Assembly (NCBI GenBank): GCA_964532495.1
Contig: CAZHJZ010000005.1
Location: forward strand, 920 to 64,919
Reading direction: 5' to 3'
Source: an uncultured Candidatus Saccharibacteria bacterium
Lineage (GTDB): Bacteria > Patescibacteriota > Minisyncoccia > Phycocordibacterales > UBA9973
Length of the DNA stretch: 64,000 nt
Part shown: positions 9,466 through 18,336 of the stretch, one piece after another
How positions within the stretch are numbered: the stretch's first letter is position 1
Layout: the number at the start of each line of letters is the position of its first letter
Position numbers and translations under genes: made by a program
Notes under the pieces: model-generated
The model's input: the letters and a program-made list of their open reading frames with translations, nothing else
Told to the model about the DNA's origin: nothing
The model's database searches: none

Positions 9466-10704
9466 TTAATCTTTTTTTGAATTTGAAACTATAAATCTCG
9501 CTCGTTCGAGCAGTTCGTCAAAGGTGATCACCTCGGGTGATGTCATATTTTTACGGAGCAATTCAAAGGAAGCAAACTTCTCTTTATTGATTCCATGCTC
9601 CGTGACGAACTCAGACAAACAGCCCACAATAAGGTACGATTTTGGCTGATAGGAATATACTATCTCACCAGTTGGATTACCCTCGTCGTCTTTTCCGTTA
9701 AGTTCAGTACTCAAGTTCTCCAATGTTTTCTGTGTTGTTTTTTGTGCTTGTGCGATTCCGCCACCAAGCTCGTCTGACGCTTGCCAGCAGTCCGCTCTAT
9801 ATGCGTCTTTCTTCAAGAGTGCTGTCTTGTGAGTTTTCAGCTCTACAAGACAGAGTGAGTTGACCGCTCCTGTCGTTTTAAGTACAGCGTCCGCTCTTTT
9901 TCCAGACTGCGACACGTCCGATCCCTGTATAACCTGCTCGAGTTTTTTACCCTCAAGTGGCTGATTGAAAATAAAGTTGAGGCCGTATCCAAAAATCCAC
10001 GGGTTCATCTCGAAGAAGTGTTGCCATATTGGCTCGATGCCAGCCTTTTTAATATCATGCTCTGTTCTGTATGTTTCAATAAAAACGTCGTCGGTCATGA
10101 GCTTCTCGAACACTTCGAGCTGTGCCTTTCTGTACCCGATGTTCACGATGTCCATGGTCGTAATGTTTCCGCTTCCTATTGCTTCAACCATAAGTGCTTG
10201 ACCCTCTGCTGTGGACATGACGTTGTTGAACTGCTTCACCGTCTCAGGGTCTAAACTGGGACTGTTGCCAAGTGGAATTCTGCGCTCGTTGATATCATTG
10301 AGATTAAGTTTATCCAGCGACTGGAGAAAGCCGATGAGTTCCTTAAAAAAGCGAAATGAGAATACAATCTGTTCGTCTTGTTCAGCCCACCCCTTTTTGT
10401 AGTATTTGAATCGCTTGAATGAAACATCCTTAATGTAACCATCACCTGCTTTCAGGAATGTGAGAGTAGTTTTGATTTTGTTTCGTATAGGCCATGGGTG
10501 TTCTGCTTCTACAGAATTTGGAACGTCGGTGTCGTCAGAAGACACAACAGTAAAATATTTACCGTCGCCTCTTCCAAAAGGGTTAGTATAGAGATTATCT
10601 ACACGATAGTTGTCGACTATCTCAGCCTCGCCTGGCTCAGCCAAGGTGGCAGGCACACCTTCCACTTCCGCAAAATCTATAAATAATGGTTCGTCATCTT
10701 TCAT
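9466..10704 (-). CDS. Shedu-like (DUF4263-type) PD-(D/E)xK nuclease candidate, putative anti-phage defence protein
   Basis: 412 aa with a C-terminal restriction-endonuclease-like core: 'GKRADAVLK...LCLVELKTHK' (D...ExK). The C-terminal '...ITFDELL' tail and overall size/architecture fit SduA. Confidence 0.4.
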   Translation of the reverse strand: MKDDEPLFIDFAEVEGVPATLAEPGEAEIVDNYRVDNLYTNPFGRGDGKYFTVVSSDDTDVPNSVEAEHPWPIRNKIKTTLTFLKAGDGYIKDVSFKRFKYYKKGWAEQDEQIVFSFRFFKELIGFLQSLDKLNLNDINERRIPLGNSPSLDPETVKQFNNVMSTAEGQALMVEAIGSGNITTMDIVNIGYRKAQLEVFEKLMTDDVFIETYRTEHDIKKAGIEPIWQHFFEMNPWIFGYGLNFIFNQPLEGKKLEQVIQGSDVSQSGKRADAVLKTTGAVNSLCLVELKTHKTALLKKDAYRADCWQASDELGGGIAQAQKTTQKTLENLSTELNGKDDEGNPTGEIVYSYQPKSYLIVGCLSEFVTEHGINKEKFASFELLRKNMTSPEVITFDELLERARFIVSNSKKD

Positions 10705-10827
10705 ACCCGAAGCATATCACTCATACTGACCATTCTCAAATTTGCACCTAATTGTGTTCTGAAAGTTACCAACAAATAGGAATTTTAGGGTCTATACTTT
10801 TCAGCCGTTCTGCGTCATCCATTAGAT

Positions 10828-11178
10828 GTGGACGACATCGACGAAGTCATAAAAAGAGCCGATCATTACCGTTTCGAGGACGCGCCCCGCGCGACGATTC
10901 TGAGCGCTATTTCTTCGCTCCCGTCGTCAAAGAAAAATATCAAGCGATCCATAAAGGAAAGAATTAAGCTGCTATCTAACGCGTACATATCGCTTGCCAC
11001 GTTCGTCCCAGACGAAGACTTTGAATATGTGAACGACTTGCACGGTGAACCAGATCAAGAAAAAGTAAAGGAGATATTCGGCAAAGTACTAGCTGAAATG
11101 GATAAGCTCAGTAATGACATGGGAGGCGTCGCTCTTACCGAGACAATGGAAACGTCGCCAACTGCTGAATGCTCTTAG
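10828..11178 (+). CDS. Hypothetical protein
   Basis: 116-aa ORF upstream of the recombinase, no motifs recognised. Confidence 0.25.
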   Translation: MDDIDEVIKRADHYRFEDAPRATILSAISSLPSSKKNIKRSIKERIKLLSNAYISLATFVPDEDFEYVNDLHGEPDQEKVKEIFGKVLAEMDKLSNDMGGVALTETMETSPTAECS

Positions 11179-11209
11179 CCAGACTAGTGTTCTCTGTCAT
11201 TAATTATAT

Positions 11210-12535
11210 ATGGAGACATATACCACAGCTCGTATTGGTAAGGAGATCATCGCACCAGTCCAAAAAATTAAATATGTTCTATATGCTCGAAAATCTACCG
11301 AGTCAGAAGAGCGGCAAGTCTTGTCGATTGATTCACAAGTTAAAGAAATGCTAGATCTTGCTGAACGAGAAAAACTCGACATCGTTGAGATTAGACGTGA
11401 ATCCCATTCAGCGAAAGAATCTGGACAACGTCCTGTGTATAAAGAAATTTTGGAAGATGTACGACGCGGACGATTTAATGGAATCCTTACTTGGGCACCA
11501 GATAGATTAAGTAGAAATGCTGGCGACCTCGGGAGTATTGTTGATTTGATGGATCAACAACTGCTCATGGAAATTCGAACCTATGGACAACAATTCAAAA
11601 ACTCACCAAATGAAAAATTTCTTTTAATGATTTTGTGTTCGCAAGCAAAACTAGAAAATGATAACAAAAGCGTTAACGTAAAACGAGGACTACGCACGAG
11701 AGTAGAAATGGGATTATGGCCTGGACCCGCTCCGACTGGATATATGAAAGAAAAGCGAATGGATAGAAAATGCGAAACGCTTCTTGACCCAGAGCGAGCG
11801 CCGATCATCAAAAAGATGTTTGAGAAAGTCGCGTATGAGCATTGGAGTGGACGGAAGATATACAACTGGCTCAAGTTTGATTGTAATTTGCGAACCTCCG
11901 CAGGGAAAAAGCATTTGAGTCTGGGAAATATCTACAAGATTTTGGACAACACTTTCTATTACGGCGTTTTTGAATACCCAAGAAAATCAGGCAACTGGTA
12001 TACAGGAAAGCATGAACCAATCGTTACCAAGGAACTTTTTGATTTGGTTCAAGCACAGATCAAGAGCAATGTACTACGAGTAGAAAACAAAGAATTCGCT
12101 TTTACTAAAATGATGCTCTGCGGATTATGCGGATCTGGCATATCGGCTGACGAGAAATTCAAAAAGCTCAAAAACGGCGGTGTCGCCCGATATGTCTACT
12201 ACGGTTGCACTAAGGCGAGAGGCGTTGAGTGTAAATGTGGTTACACTGAAGAGAAAGAAATACTCAAGCAGTTCAACGAGCTTATCGAGAATCTCAATCT
12301 GAACGAGATCGAAGTCAAAGAGAAAATTAAGGCTGACGTTGAGCGATTTTCAAAACTACAAAAATTCCTATTAGGAACGAAAGAAAAAATCGACATACCA
12401 AGTATTGATGTTCGAGGGTATGCAAAGTATGTCTTGAAAGAAGGAAACGATATCGAGAAACGAGAATTGCTTGGTTGTTTGAAAAGCAGAATCTGTTTAG
12501 CGAACAAGAAAATCACACTCGAAAAACAGAACTAA
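11210..12535 (+). CDS. Large serine recombinase (resolvase/integrase family)
   Basis: N-terminal resolvase catalytic region 'VLYARKSTESEE...SIDSQ'. Followed by a recombinase domain and a Cys-rich zinc ribbon 'CGLCGSG...YYGCTKARGVECKCG'. Confidence 0.8.
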   Translation: METYTTARIGKEIIAPVQKIKYVLYARKSTESEERQVLSIDSQVKEMLDLAEREKLDIVEIRRESHSAKESGQRPVYKEILEDVRRGRFNGILTWAPDRLSRNAGDLGSIVDLMDQQLLMEIRTYGQQFKNSPNEKFLLMILCSQAKLENDNKSVNVKRGLRTRVEMGLWPGPAPTGYMKEKRMDRKCETLLDPERAPIIKKMFEKVAYEHWSGRKIYNWLKFDCNLRTSAGKKHLSLGNIYKILDNTFYYGVFEYPRKSGNWYTGKHEPIVTKELFDLVQAQIKSNVLRVENKEFAFTKMMLCGLCGSGISADEKFKKLKNGGVARYVYYGCTKARGVECKCGYTEEKEILKQFNELIENLNLNEIEVKEKIKADVERFSKLQKFLLGTKEKIDIPSIDVRGYAKYVLKEGNDIEKRELLGCLKSRICLANKKITLEKQN

Positions 12536-13815
12536 TCCATAATTCTTTTATTACTATTTAGTACTTCTGGTGGAAACTTTTTCCATTTTCCTTTTCTTAT
12601 CGAAACCATATGTCTTGTCATTATGCTGTCCGCTACGTCAGAGTCTGGGAGCTTATCTGAACTAACCGTTTTTGATTCCTTTGCAAATTTCTTCAGCTTT
12701 TCCAAAAGAGCATTTTCTAGTTCAGTGTCTATTTTGTCGGTACCATCAAATTTTCGCGTCCTATCTTTGATTTTTCTCCACTCTTTTGCCATGTATTTAT
12801 CCCACATTTGAGTGGTGAGAAAAGAGATGTCGTCTGGAGGACATGGTGCAAAAACCACAGACCCTCTTTCTTTCACTTCGTCTGGTAGTAAATCATAGTG
12901 GTCATCAAGTTTTGAAAAATCAGCCTTTAAATCAGAGCCAGAAATAAATGCCTGATCGGGTTGCATGAATATAGGAGCAAGGGCGATATGGAGTTTGTCA
13001 CTCGAAGTAAAAATTTTACAGAATGGCAGATAGTAAAGATAGCTCATGTCTACTTTATGAGTTTGAGCGTGCGGGAACTGATTGAAAAGTTTACCTGCTG
13101 TTCCTATGTAGAAAAATAAATCTACAGAAAATATGAACGTAAAATATGGAGCGTATTCTTTTATAGGTTTTGAACCGTCGGCTTCCCAAATTTTTATGAC
13201 CCTCTCTCTGGTTTCTGGCAGTATATTCATAAGCATCATTCCAAAATCAAGAAGCGTTTTTCCTGTTTTTTCTTCGATCATTAAATCAATTTGAACTTTT
13301 AATTCCTGAAGCGTTTTTGGTTTACCCATTACCTCAAAAAGTTTTTCAAAGTACGTGAAATCTTCTTGACCCATTAAAGCAAGTTCTTCTCTCCAACCCT
13401 TTGCGATAGTTCTTTCTATTTCCAAAAACTGCTTTTTCTCCCAACGCTTAGAAGCTTCTACTTCGGGAGCTTCTTGGAAGATTACTCCCATTTTGCCCTC
13501 CAACTCTACTGTTCTGCTACCAGAAAGGACGGGTCTTCCGTCCATTTTAATTTTTCCTTTCTGCATTAATTCTCCAGCAATCAAATTCCGATGGTGAGTA
13601 TTTACGCAACTCATGTCGGGGGTTTTGTGCGCTATTGTTCCAACAACGTCCTCAGGGGTTCTTCCTGAGCGCACTTCTTTTTCAAGATCTGCAAGAGTTT
13701 CCACGAAAAACAACGGCGTTATATTCGTCATATAGAAATTCTCAAGCCACATGCATTCGTCGGCGCTAAGTCCTTGCAAGGCTGATTTATCAAATATAAG
13801 TGCTGGTCCTGACAT
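12532..13815 (-). CDS. Hypothetical protein (element cargo, no recognisable domains)
   Basis: 427-aa ORF between the recombinase and the tRNA; no motif found. Confidence 0.35.
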   Translation of the reverse strand: MSGPALIFDKSALQGLSADECMWLENFYMTNITPLFFVETLADLEKEVRSGRTPEDVVGTIAHKTPDMSCVNTHHRNLIAGELMQKGKIKMDGRPVLSGSRTVELEGKMGVIFQEAPEVEASKRWEKKQFLEIERTIAKGWREELALMGQEDFTYFEKLFEVMGKPKTLQELKVQIDLMIEEKTGKTLLDFGMMLMNILPETRERVIKIWEADGSKPIKEYAPYFTFIFSVDLFFYIGTAGKLFNQFPHAQTHKVDMSYLYYLPFCKIFTSSDKLHIALAPIFMQPDQAFISGSDLKADFSKLDDHYDLLPDEVKERGSVVFAPCPPDDISFLTTQMWDKYMAKEWRKIKDRTRKFDGTDKIDTELENALLEKLKKFAKESKTVSSDKLPDSDVADSIMTRHMVSIRKGKWKKFPPEVLNSNKRIMD

Positions 13816-13835
13816 AAATATATACTACCAAAAAG

Positions 13836-13863
13836 AACGGCAATTGCCGTTCTTTTTGGTAAC
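13836..13863. terminator. Bidirectional rho-independent terminator (palindrome GAACGGCAATTGCCGTTC flanked by A/T runs)
   Basis: Perfect palindrome with AAAAA upstream and TTTTT downstream. Confidence 0.6.
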
Positions 13864-13887
13864 CATAATTAGGAAGCACCTCGTGCT

Positions 13888-13975
13888 ACCTGTCAATGGC
13901 GGAGGAAGTGAGATTCGAACTCACGGGCCTTTGACAGCCGACGGTTTAGTAAACCGTTGATTTAAACCACTCATC
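13888..13975 (-). tRNA. Type II tRNA, Ser-like (G73, 3-bp D stem, long variable arm); anticodon loop reads UUACUAA, anticodon ACU (atypical)
   Basis: 7-bp acceptor GGAGGAA/TTCCTCC. D stem GAT/ATC. Anticodon stem ACGGT/ACCGT. T arm GTGAG-TTCGAAT-CTCAC. CCA is encoded. Confidence 0.7.
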
Positions 13976-14093
13976 CATTCCTCCATTTGACACTGAAGCT
14001 TCAGTGAAGGTTTCAAAATTTCAAACCTAGGAAAACCATAACAAATATGCTACCATTTTGCCAGTTATTTACCCAAATAACTTTGTGCGAAAT

Positions 14094-14180
14094 GGAGCCG
14101 TGTCAGAGTGGTCGAACGTACCTCTTTGCTAAAGAGGCAGGGTGTAAAAGCCCTCGCTGGTTCGAATCCAGCCGGCTCCG
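14094..14180 (+). tRNA. tRNA-Ser(GCU) (D-arm pairing imperfect by eye)
   Basis: Acceptor GGAGCCG/CGGCTCC with discriminator G. Anticodon stem-loop CCTCT-TTGCTAA-AGAGG, long variable arm, T arm GCTGG-TTCGAAT-CCAGC. Confidence 0.7.
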
Positions 14181-14247
14181 CAGATATAGAAATAGTAAAG
14201 GTGCTCAGTCGTGCTTATTATAATAATAGTAATATCAATATAGATAT

Positions 14248-14634
14248 ATGAAACCAAAAACGCTCAAAGTGCTGTTCTGGATCTCAACAGTTTTTATCTT
14301 TTTATTCGAAGGAGTCATGCCGGCTTTGACCTCGCATACTGACCTCGCTATTCAAGGTATCACCCACTTGGGCTATCCAGTTTACTTTGTCGGCGTTCTC
14401 GCTGTGTTCAAAGTAGCAGGAACACTCGCTCTCATTATTCCTCAAGTACCAGCTCGCATCAAAGAATGGGCATACGCGGGATTCGTATTCGATTTCCTTT
14501 GGGCATCGATCAGCTACATAATGGTTGATGGCTTTGGAATCGCAGCGATCTTCCCTCTTATTGTTCTTGCTATCCTTATTGTGTCGTACACGACCTACCA
14601 CAAGCTTCACGACGGAAAAGCTTTCGCTCACTAA
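14248..14634 (+). CDS. Small integral membrane protein (4 TM, DoxX-like?)
   Basis: 128 aa and hydrophobic throughout. Confidence 0.4.
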   Translation: MKPKTLKVLFWISTVFIFLFEGVMPALTSHTDLAIQGITHLGYPVYFVGVLAVFKVAGTLALIIPQVPARIKEWAYAGFVFDFLWASISYIMVDGFGIAAIFPLIVLAILIVSYTTYHKLHDGKAFAH

Positions 14635-14751
14635 TTAAGTGAACAAGATTGTGCGTGTACGTGCTTTTAGTGTTTGCTTGGTGTTTTGTATAAATAAAAC
14701 AAATAATAGCCTCCACTACCCTCCCGTCCAAACCTAAGGTATACTTTCCCT

Positions 14752-15507
14752 ATGGACGAACTACATGAATTACGGAAGGAGAACGCCGAGCTTAAAAAGC
14801 TGAGCGCGCTCAAGAGCGACTGGATATCACTTTCAGCACATGAACTGCGAACATCGCTTGCAGCAAACAAATGGATGCTCAAGATGTTCCTTGATCAGGA
14901 TTTTGGAGATATCACACATGAACAGGCAGGCTTTATGAAAAAGGCCTTCGATGGAACAGAGAGAATGCTGACATTGGTAAACGATATGCTTGCTATAAAC
15001 CATACGCAAGACGGACTTACATTCTCCTACAATTTCAAAGAGACTAACATTGTCAGCCTGCTTGATGATGTTATCTTTGATTTCCACGGTGAATCCTTTA
15101 AAAAAGGAGTGGAGATCATTTTCCTCCGTCCGGAGAATCCTCTCCCTCTCATACAGATAGATGCAGATAAGATCCGCGTCGTTCTGCAAAACCTTGTTGA
15201 AAACGCATTAAAATATTCCACAAAGGGCCACAGTGTTATCATCGCAATTGCTGACCAAGAAGATAGTCTTCGAATTTCAGTCAAAGACCAAGGCATCGGA
15301 ATTCCTCTCAGCGAACAGCCGAAGATATTTGAAAAGTTCTATCGTGCAACAAACGCAAAACAGACAGAGGAAGTCGGTTCTGGCTTGGGACTCTATACGA
15401 CAAAGATGCTCGTCGAAGCCCACGGTGGCAAAATGTGGTTTGAAAGCCAGGAAAACGATGGGACAACCTTCTTTGTTACACTTCCTAAAGTCCAGCCTGC
15501 CAAGTAG
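14752..15507 (+). CDS. Sensor histidine kinase (cytoplasmic, no input domain)
   Basis: H-box 'SAHELRTSL', N-box 'LQNLVENALKYS', G2 'GSGLGLYTTK'. Confidence 0.8.
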   Translation: MDELHELRKENAELKKLSALKSDWISLSAHELRTSLAANKWMLKMFLDQDFGDITHEQAGFMKKAFDGTERMLTLVNDMLAINHTQDGLTFSYNFKETNIVSLLDDVIFDFHGESFKKGVEIIFLRPENPLPLIQIDADKIRVVLQNLVENALKYSTKGHSVIIAIADQEDSLRISVKDQGIGIPLSEQPKIFEKFYRATNAKQTEEVGSGLGLYTTKMLVEAHGGKMWFESQENDGTTFFVTLPKVQPAK

Positions 15508-15540
15508 CCCCATTACCCATTTTTATAGTACAATGTACCT

Positions 15541-15912
15541 ATGGCAAAGAAAATACTTATAGTCGAAGACGACTCCTTCCTCCAGGGCTTGGCGGCTACC
15601 AAACTTACCAAAGAAGGCTATGCGGTCTCAGTGGCTTCAAATACTGCTGACGCAGAAAAAGCTGGATTGGCAGACACGCCAGACTTTATTCTCCTCGATC
15701 TCGTGCTTCCTGGCACAAGCGGGTTTGAAGTATTGAAAACATTCCGAGCAAATCCAAAGCTTGCGACAACTCCCATCATCATCTTCTCAAACCTCGCCGA
15801 AGACAAAGATATCATGCAGGCAAAAGAATTGGGCGCTACCGACTTTATGATCAAGTCAAACTTTACCCTCGACGAATTGGCAGATAAGATCAAAAGTTTG
15901 ATCGGACAGTAA
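15541..15912 (+). CDS. Single-domain response regulator (CheY-like REC only)
   Basis: 'ILIVEDD' with phospho-acceptor region 'ILLDLVLPG'; 123 aa with no output domain. Confidence 0.8.
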   Translation: MAKKILIVEDDSFLQGLAATKLTKEGYAVSVASNTADAEKAGLADTPDFILLDLVLPGTSGFEVLKTFRANPKLATTPIIIFSNLAEDKDIMQAKELGATDFMIKSNFTLDELADKIKSLIGQ

Positions 15913-15937
15913 GAAATAAAATACACGCTACAAAATT

Positions 15938-15972
15938 CCCGGGTCGCGCGAAGCGCGACCCGGGAATTTACT
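15938..15972. terminator. Bidirectional terminator (perfect palindrome AATTCCCGGGTCGCGC-GAA-GCGCGACCCGGGAATT) between convergent genes
   Basis: 16-bp perfect stem with a GAA loop. Confidence 0.6.
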
Positions 15973-15986
15973 TTACGATATTGCAT

Positions 15987-17477
15987 CTACTCCCCTTTCT
16001 TCAATTCAGCCATCAAAGCTTCCTTGTTCAAATCATATCCTCCTAACGTTTTTTTAGTTGCGCCCTCAAGAATCTTTAATCCATTCAACAACGCAGATTT
16101 GAGCTTAAGATTGCTGTTTTTATAATCCTCGTTTTCCTGTTTTACCTGACTCAAGTCAGCAAGCTTCAATTCATTCTGGCTATTCTGTACCTGAAGTTCT
16201 TCATTCTTTCTATTCAAGGCAGTATTGCGTTCGTTCAGAGTTTGGTTCATCTGCATAACAGACTCCATATTTTTCAGCTTTTCAAGAATATCAGCCGCGC
16301 TTGCCCCTTCTTGGAAAAACTTCTGATCGAGCAATGCATGCATTTCCTTGCGAGCTTTTTCCTCCTTATCAAGCTTTGCGAGCTCCTGGAAGTTTTGAGG
16401 AACGCTGATTCGCTCCGTAATAACTGAACCGATAGCAGTAAGATATTCAAGAGTCACAATGCTGTCTGTAAAATCGAAAGAGATTACACTTTTGATATCT
16501 TCAGATGTCTTGGCTTTTATTCCCTGGATATATAATTCAGGATTTGAGCTGGCATCCTTTCGAACCATATTCGCGACAAGCCCGGTTATTTCGTCCACAG
16601 CTATACCGTCAACGAAACTTCGTGGAAGCTCGAACTTCCCTTTTGGCCCGTCAGAATCTCCAAAATACACCATCGTCTTTCGTTCTTTTTCATATTGATT
16701 ATCTTTGCGCACATACCCAGCATCTAAGACAACAGCGGTCTTTCCAGTTACTGTCCTATCCATAGCTCGATACATTCGCTGGCCTTTTTGATTTTCTTCT
16801 CCAAGTGCGCTGTCTTCTATCTTCCAAGGAACATCGTTTACATAGAGTCCTGTACCGAGGTCAAAAACCGCAAGCTCATTACCAATATATCGAGACTCTT
16901 TCCGGCTAGGAAACTTATTTTTCCAGCGCTTATCATTTTCAACAATACTTGTACCTTCATTGCCTGCTTCATCAAAGAAAGCAACTTTTTTCTTGTCTGG
17001 ACTCAACTGCAATTGGACACCGCTGCTGTAGATTTTTGCGTTTTCGAGGTTTTTCCATTCAACGCCATTCACCTCAACCCTCTTTGCATCATTGCTGCCC
17101 TGTTCTCTAAATAACTGAACAGTAGGAAAAGGCTCTTCGTTGCCATCTAGAGTTTTGAAAATTACCTCGCTGTGCAATTCCTTGCCATCAGTTCTCGGCA
17201 CATCTTCTGCGCGACGCCCTGTGAGCGCAACGACGTTTGATGAAATTTTCACCAATCTGTCAGCGAGGTTTTTGTATTCCCCAAGCCGGATACCATAGAA
17301 CGAGCCGGTAACAAGCTTCTTGTTCGGATCATTATAATCAACAGTTACCCGTTCTGAGTGACGGAGAGCGATTTGTTTTTCTGCATATGCCACTGTACTC
17401 GCACCAGCGTCCATAGTGCTTTCTATCTGTGAGCTGAAAGGCTGATGTTCGCTTCCGTTATTTTCGAGATGGGACAT
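15987..17477 (-). CDS. Hypothetical protein with C-terminal coiled coil
   Basis: 496 aa. The C-terminal ~120 aa is heptad-rich (E/K/L/Q). Confidence 0.4.
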   Translation of the reverse strand: MSHLENNGSEHQPFSSQIESTMDAGASTVAYAEKQIALRHSERVTVDYNDPNKKLVTGSFYGIRLGEYKNLADRLVKISSNVVALTGRRAEDVPRTDGKELHSEVIFKTLDGNEEPFPTVQLFREQGSNDAKRVEVNGVEWKNLENAKIYSSGVQLQLSPDKKKVAFFDEAGNEGTSIVENDKRWKNKFPSRKESRYIGNELAVFDLGTGLYVNDVPWKIEDSALGEENQKGQRMYRAMDRTVTGKTAVVLDAGYVRKDNQYEKERKTMVYFGDSDGPKGKFELPRSFVDGIAVDEITGLVANMVRKDASSNPELYIQGIKAKTSEDIKSVISFDFTDSIVTLEYLTAIGSVITERISVPQNFQELAKLDKEEKARKEMHALLDQKFFQEGASAADILEKLKNMESVMQMNQTLNERNTALNRKNEELQVQNSQNELKLADLSQVKQENEDYKNSNLKLKSALLNGLKILEGATKKTLGGYDLNKEALMAELKKGE

Positions 17478-17600
17478 GCTTTATATATAAGATTATAAGT
17501 AATGCACAAATTATCGCATACTGAGAAATCAAGTCAAATAAAAAAACCTCCCGAATTCGAGAGGTTCTATATCCTTTATACCTTATCTAATTAGTGTGTG

Positions 17601-18245
17601 TTATGCGTGTTTTCCTATACGATCGATAATCTGACCCAGAACGGCTGCTTCATCTCGCATCATACGGGCAAGCTCGTAGTTCACAATGCCGTATCCATTT
17701 ACTGCATTAAAGAATTCGGTACCTTGTACACCAACTTTGGTATCACTTGCTTGTTGTTCCCAACCAGCAAGCGTTCTGCACGGCAATCCCCAAATGTTAC
17801 CCGCAAATATTGTAGTGTCGGTAAACACGGAGACCACCTCTATACAGTACAGATTATTTTTCTGTAACCGAATGGTAGTTCTCTGTAATAGTGTGCGAAA
17901 GTCCTCACCTTTTTGCATATCTTCAAATGTGCCGAGGCTCATCTTATCGAGGCGCTCAATCATTTCCTGTACTTCACAATCATTCATTAGCCAGCGTATT
18001 CTTTGGATATGCTCAAAAAATATTGGAACAAGATGTATAGGATGCACAAGGTCGCCATTAGGGATGCCAACATTTTCCGCAAGGATGTAATCATCCATCC
18101 GTTCGAGAAGTGCCTTTAGATCCTTTTTTACAAGTTTAAGTTCTGCATATGTTTCCACATAGGTCCATTGATCTTTTTCAAACAAAACTTCCCAAGCAAG
18201 AAATCTATATGTCTTAAGTACAAAAAAGAGTATTGAATTTAGCAT
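17601..18245 (-). CDS. Hypothetical protein
   Basis: 214-aa ORF followed on the minus strand by a hairpin and U-run terminator at ~17545-17570. Confidence 0.35.
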   Translation of the reverse strand: MLNSILFFVLKTYRFLAWEVLFEKDQWTYVETYAELKLVKKDLKALLERMDDYILAENVGIPNGDLVHPIHLVPIFFEHIQRIRWLMNDCEVQEMIERLDKMSLGTFEDMQKGEDFRTLLQRTTIRLQKNNLYCIEVVSVFTDTTIFAGNIWGLPCRTLAGWEQQASDTKVGVQGTEFFNAVNGYGIVNYELARMMRDEAAVLGQIIDRIGKHA

Positions 18246-18336
18246 AAAGTGTATTTTTTCTAACTTTATAATAAATTCTCAAAAAGTCAACCCCTACCGT
18301 TTCTCATGTTCGGATACATCCTGTACAATAGGACAC

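Noticed and set aside
14752-17477. Detocs-like three-component defence system
   Set aside because: The HK and REC-only proteins are present, but the third component (REC fused to an effector) is absent. The neighbouring coiled-coil protein has no receiver motifs.
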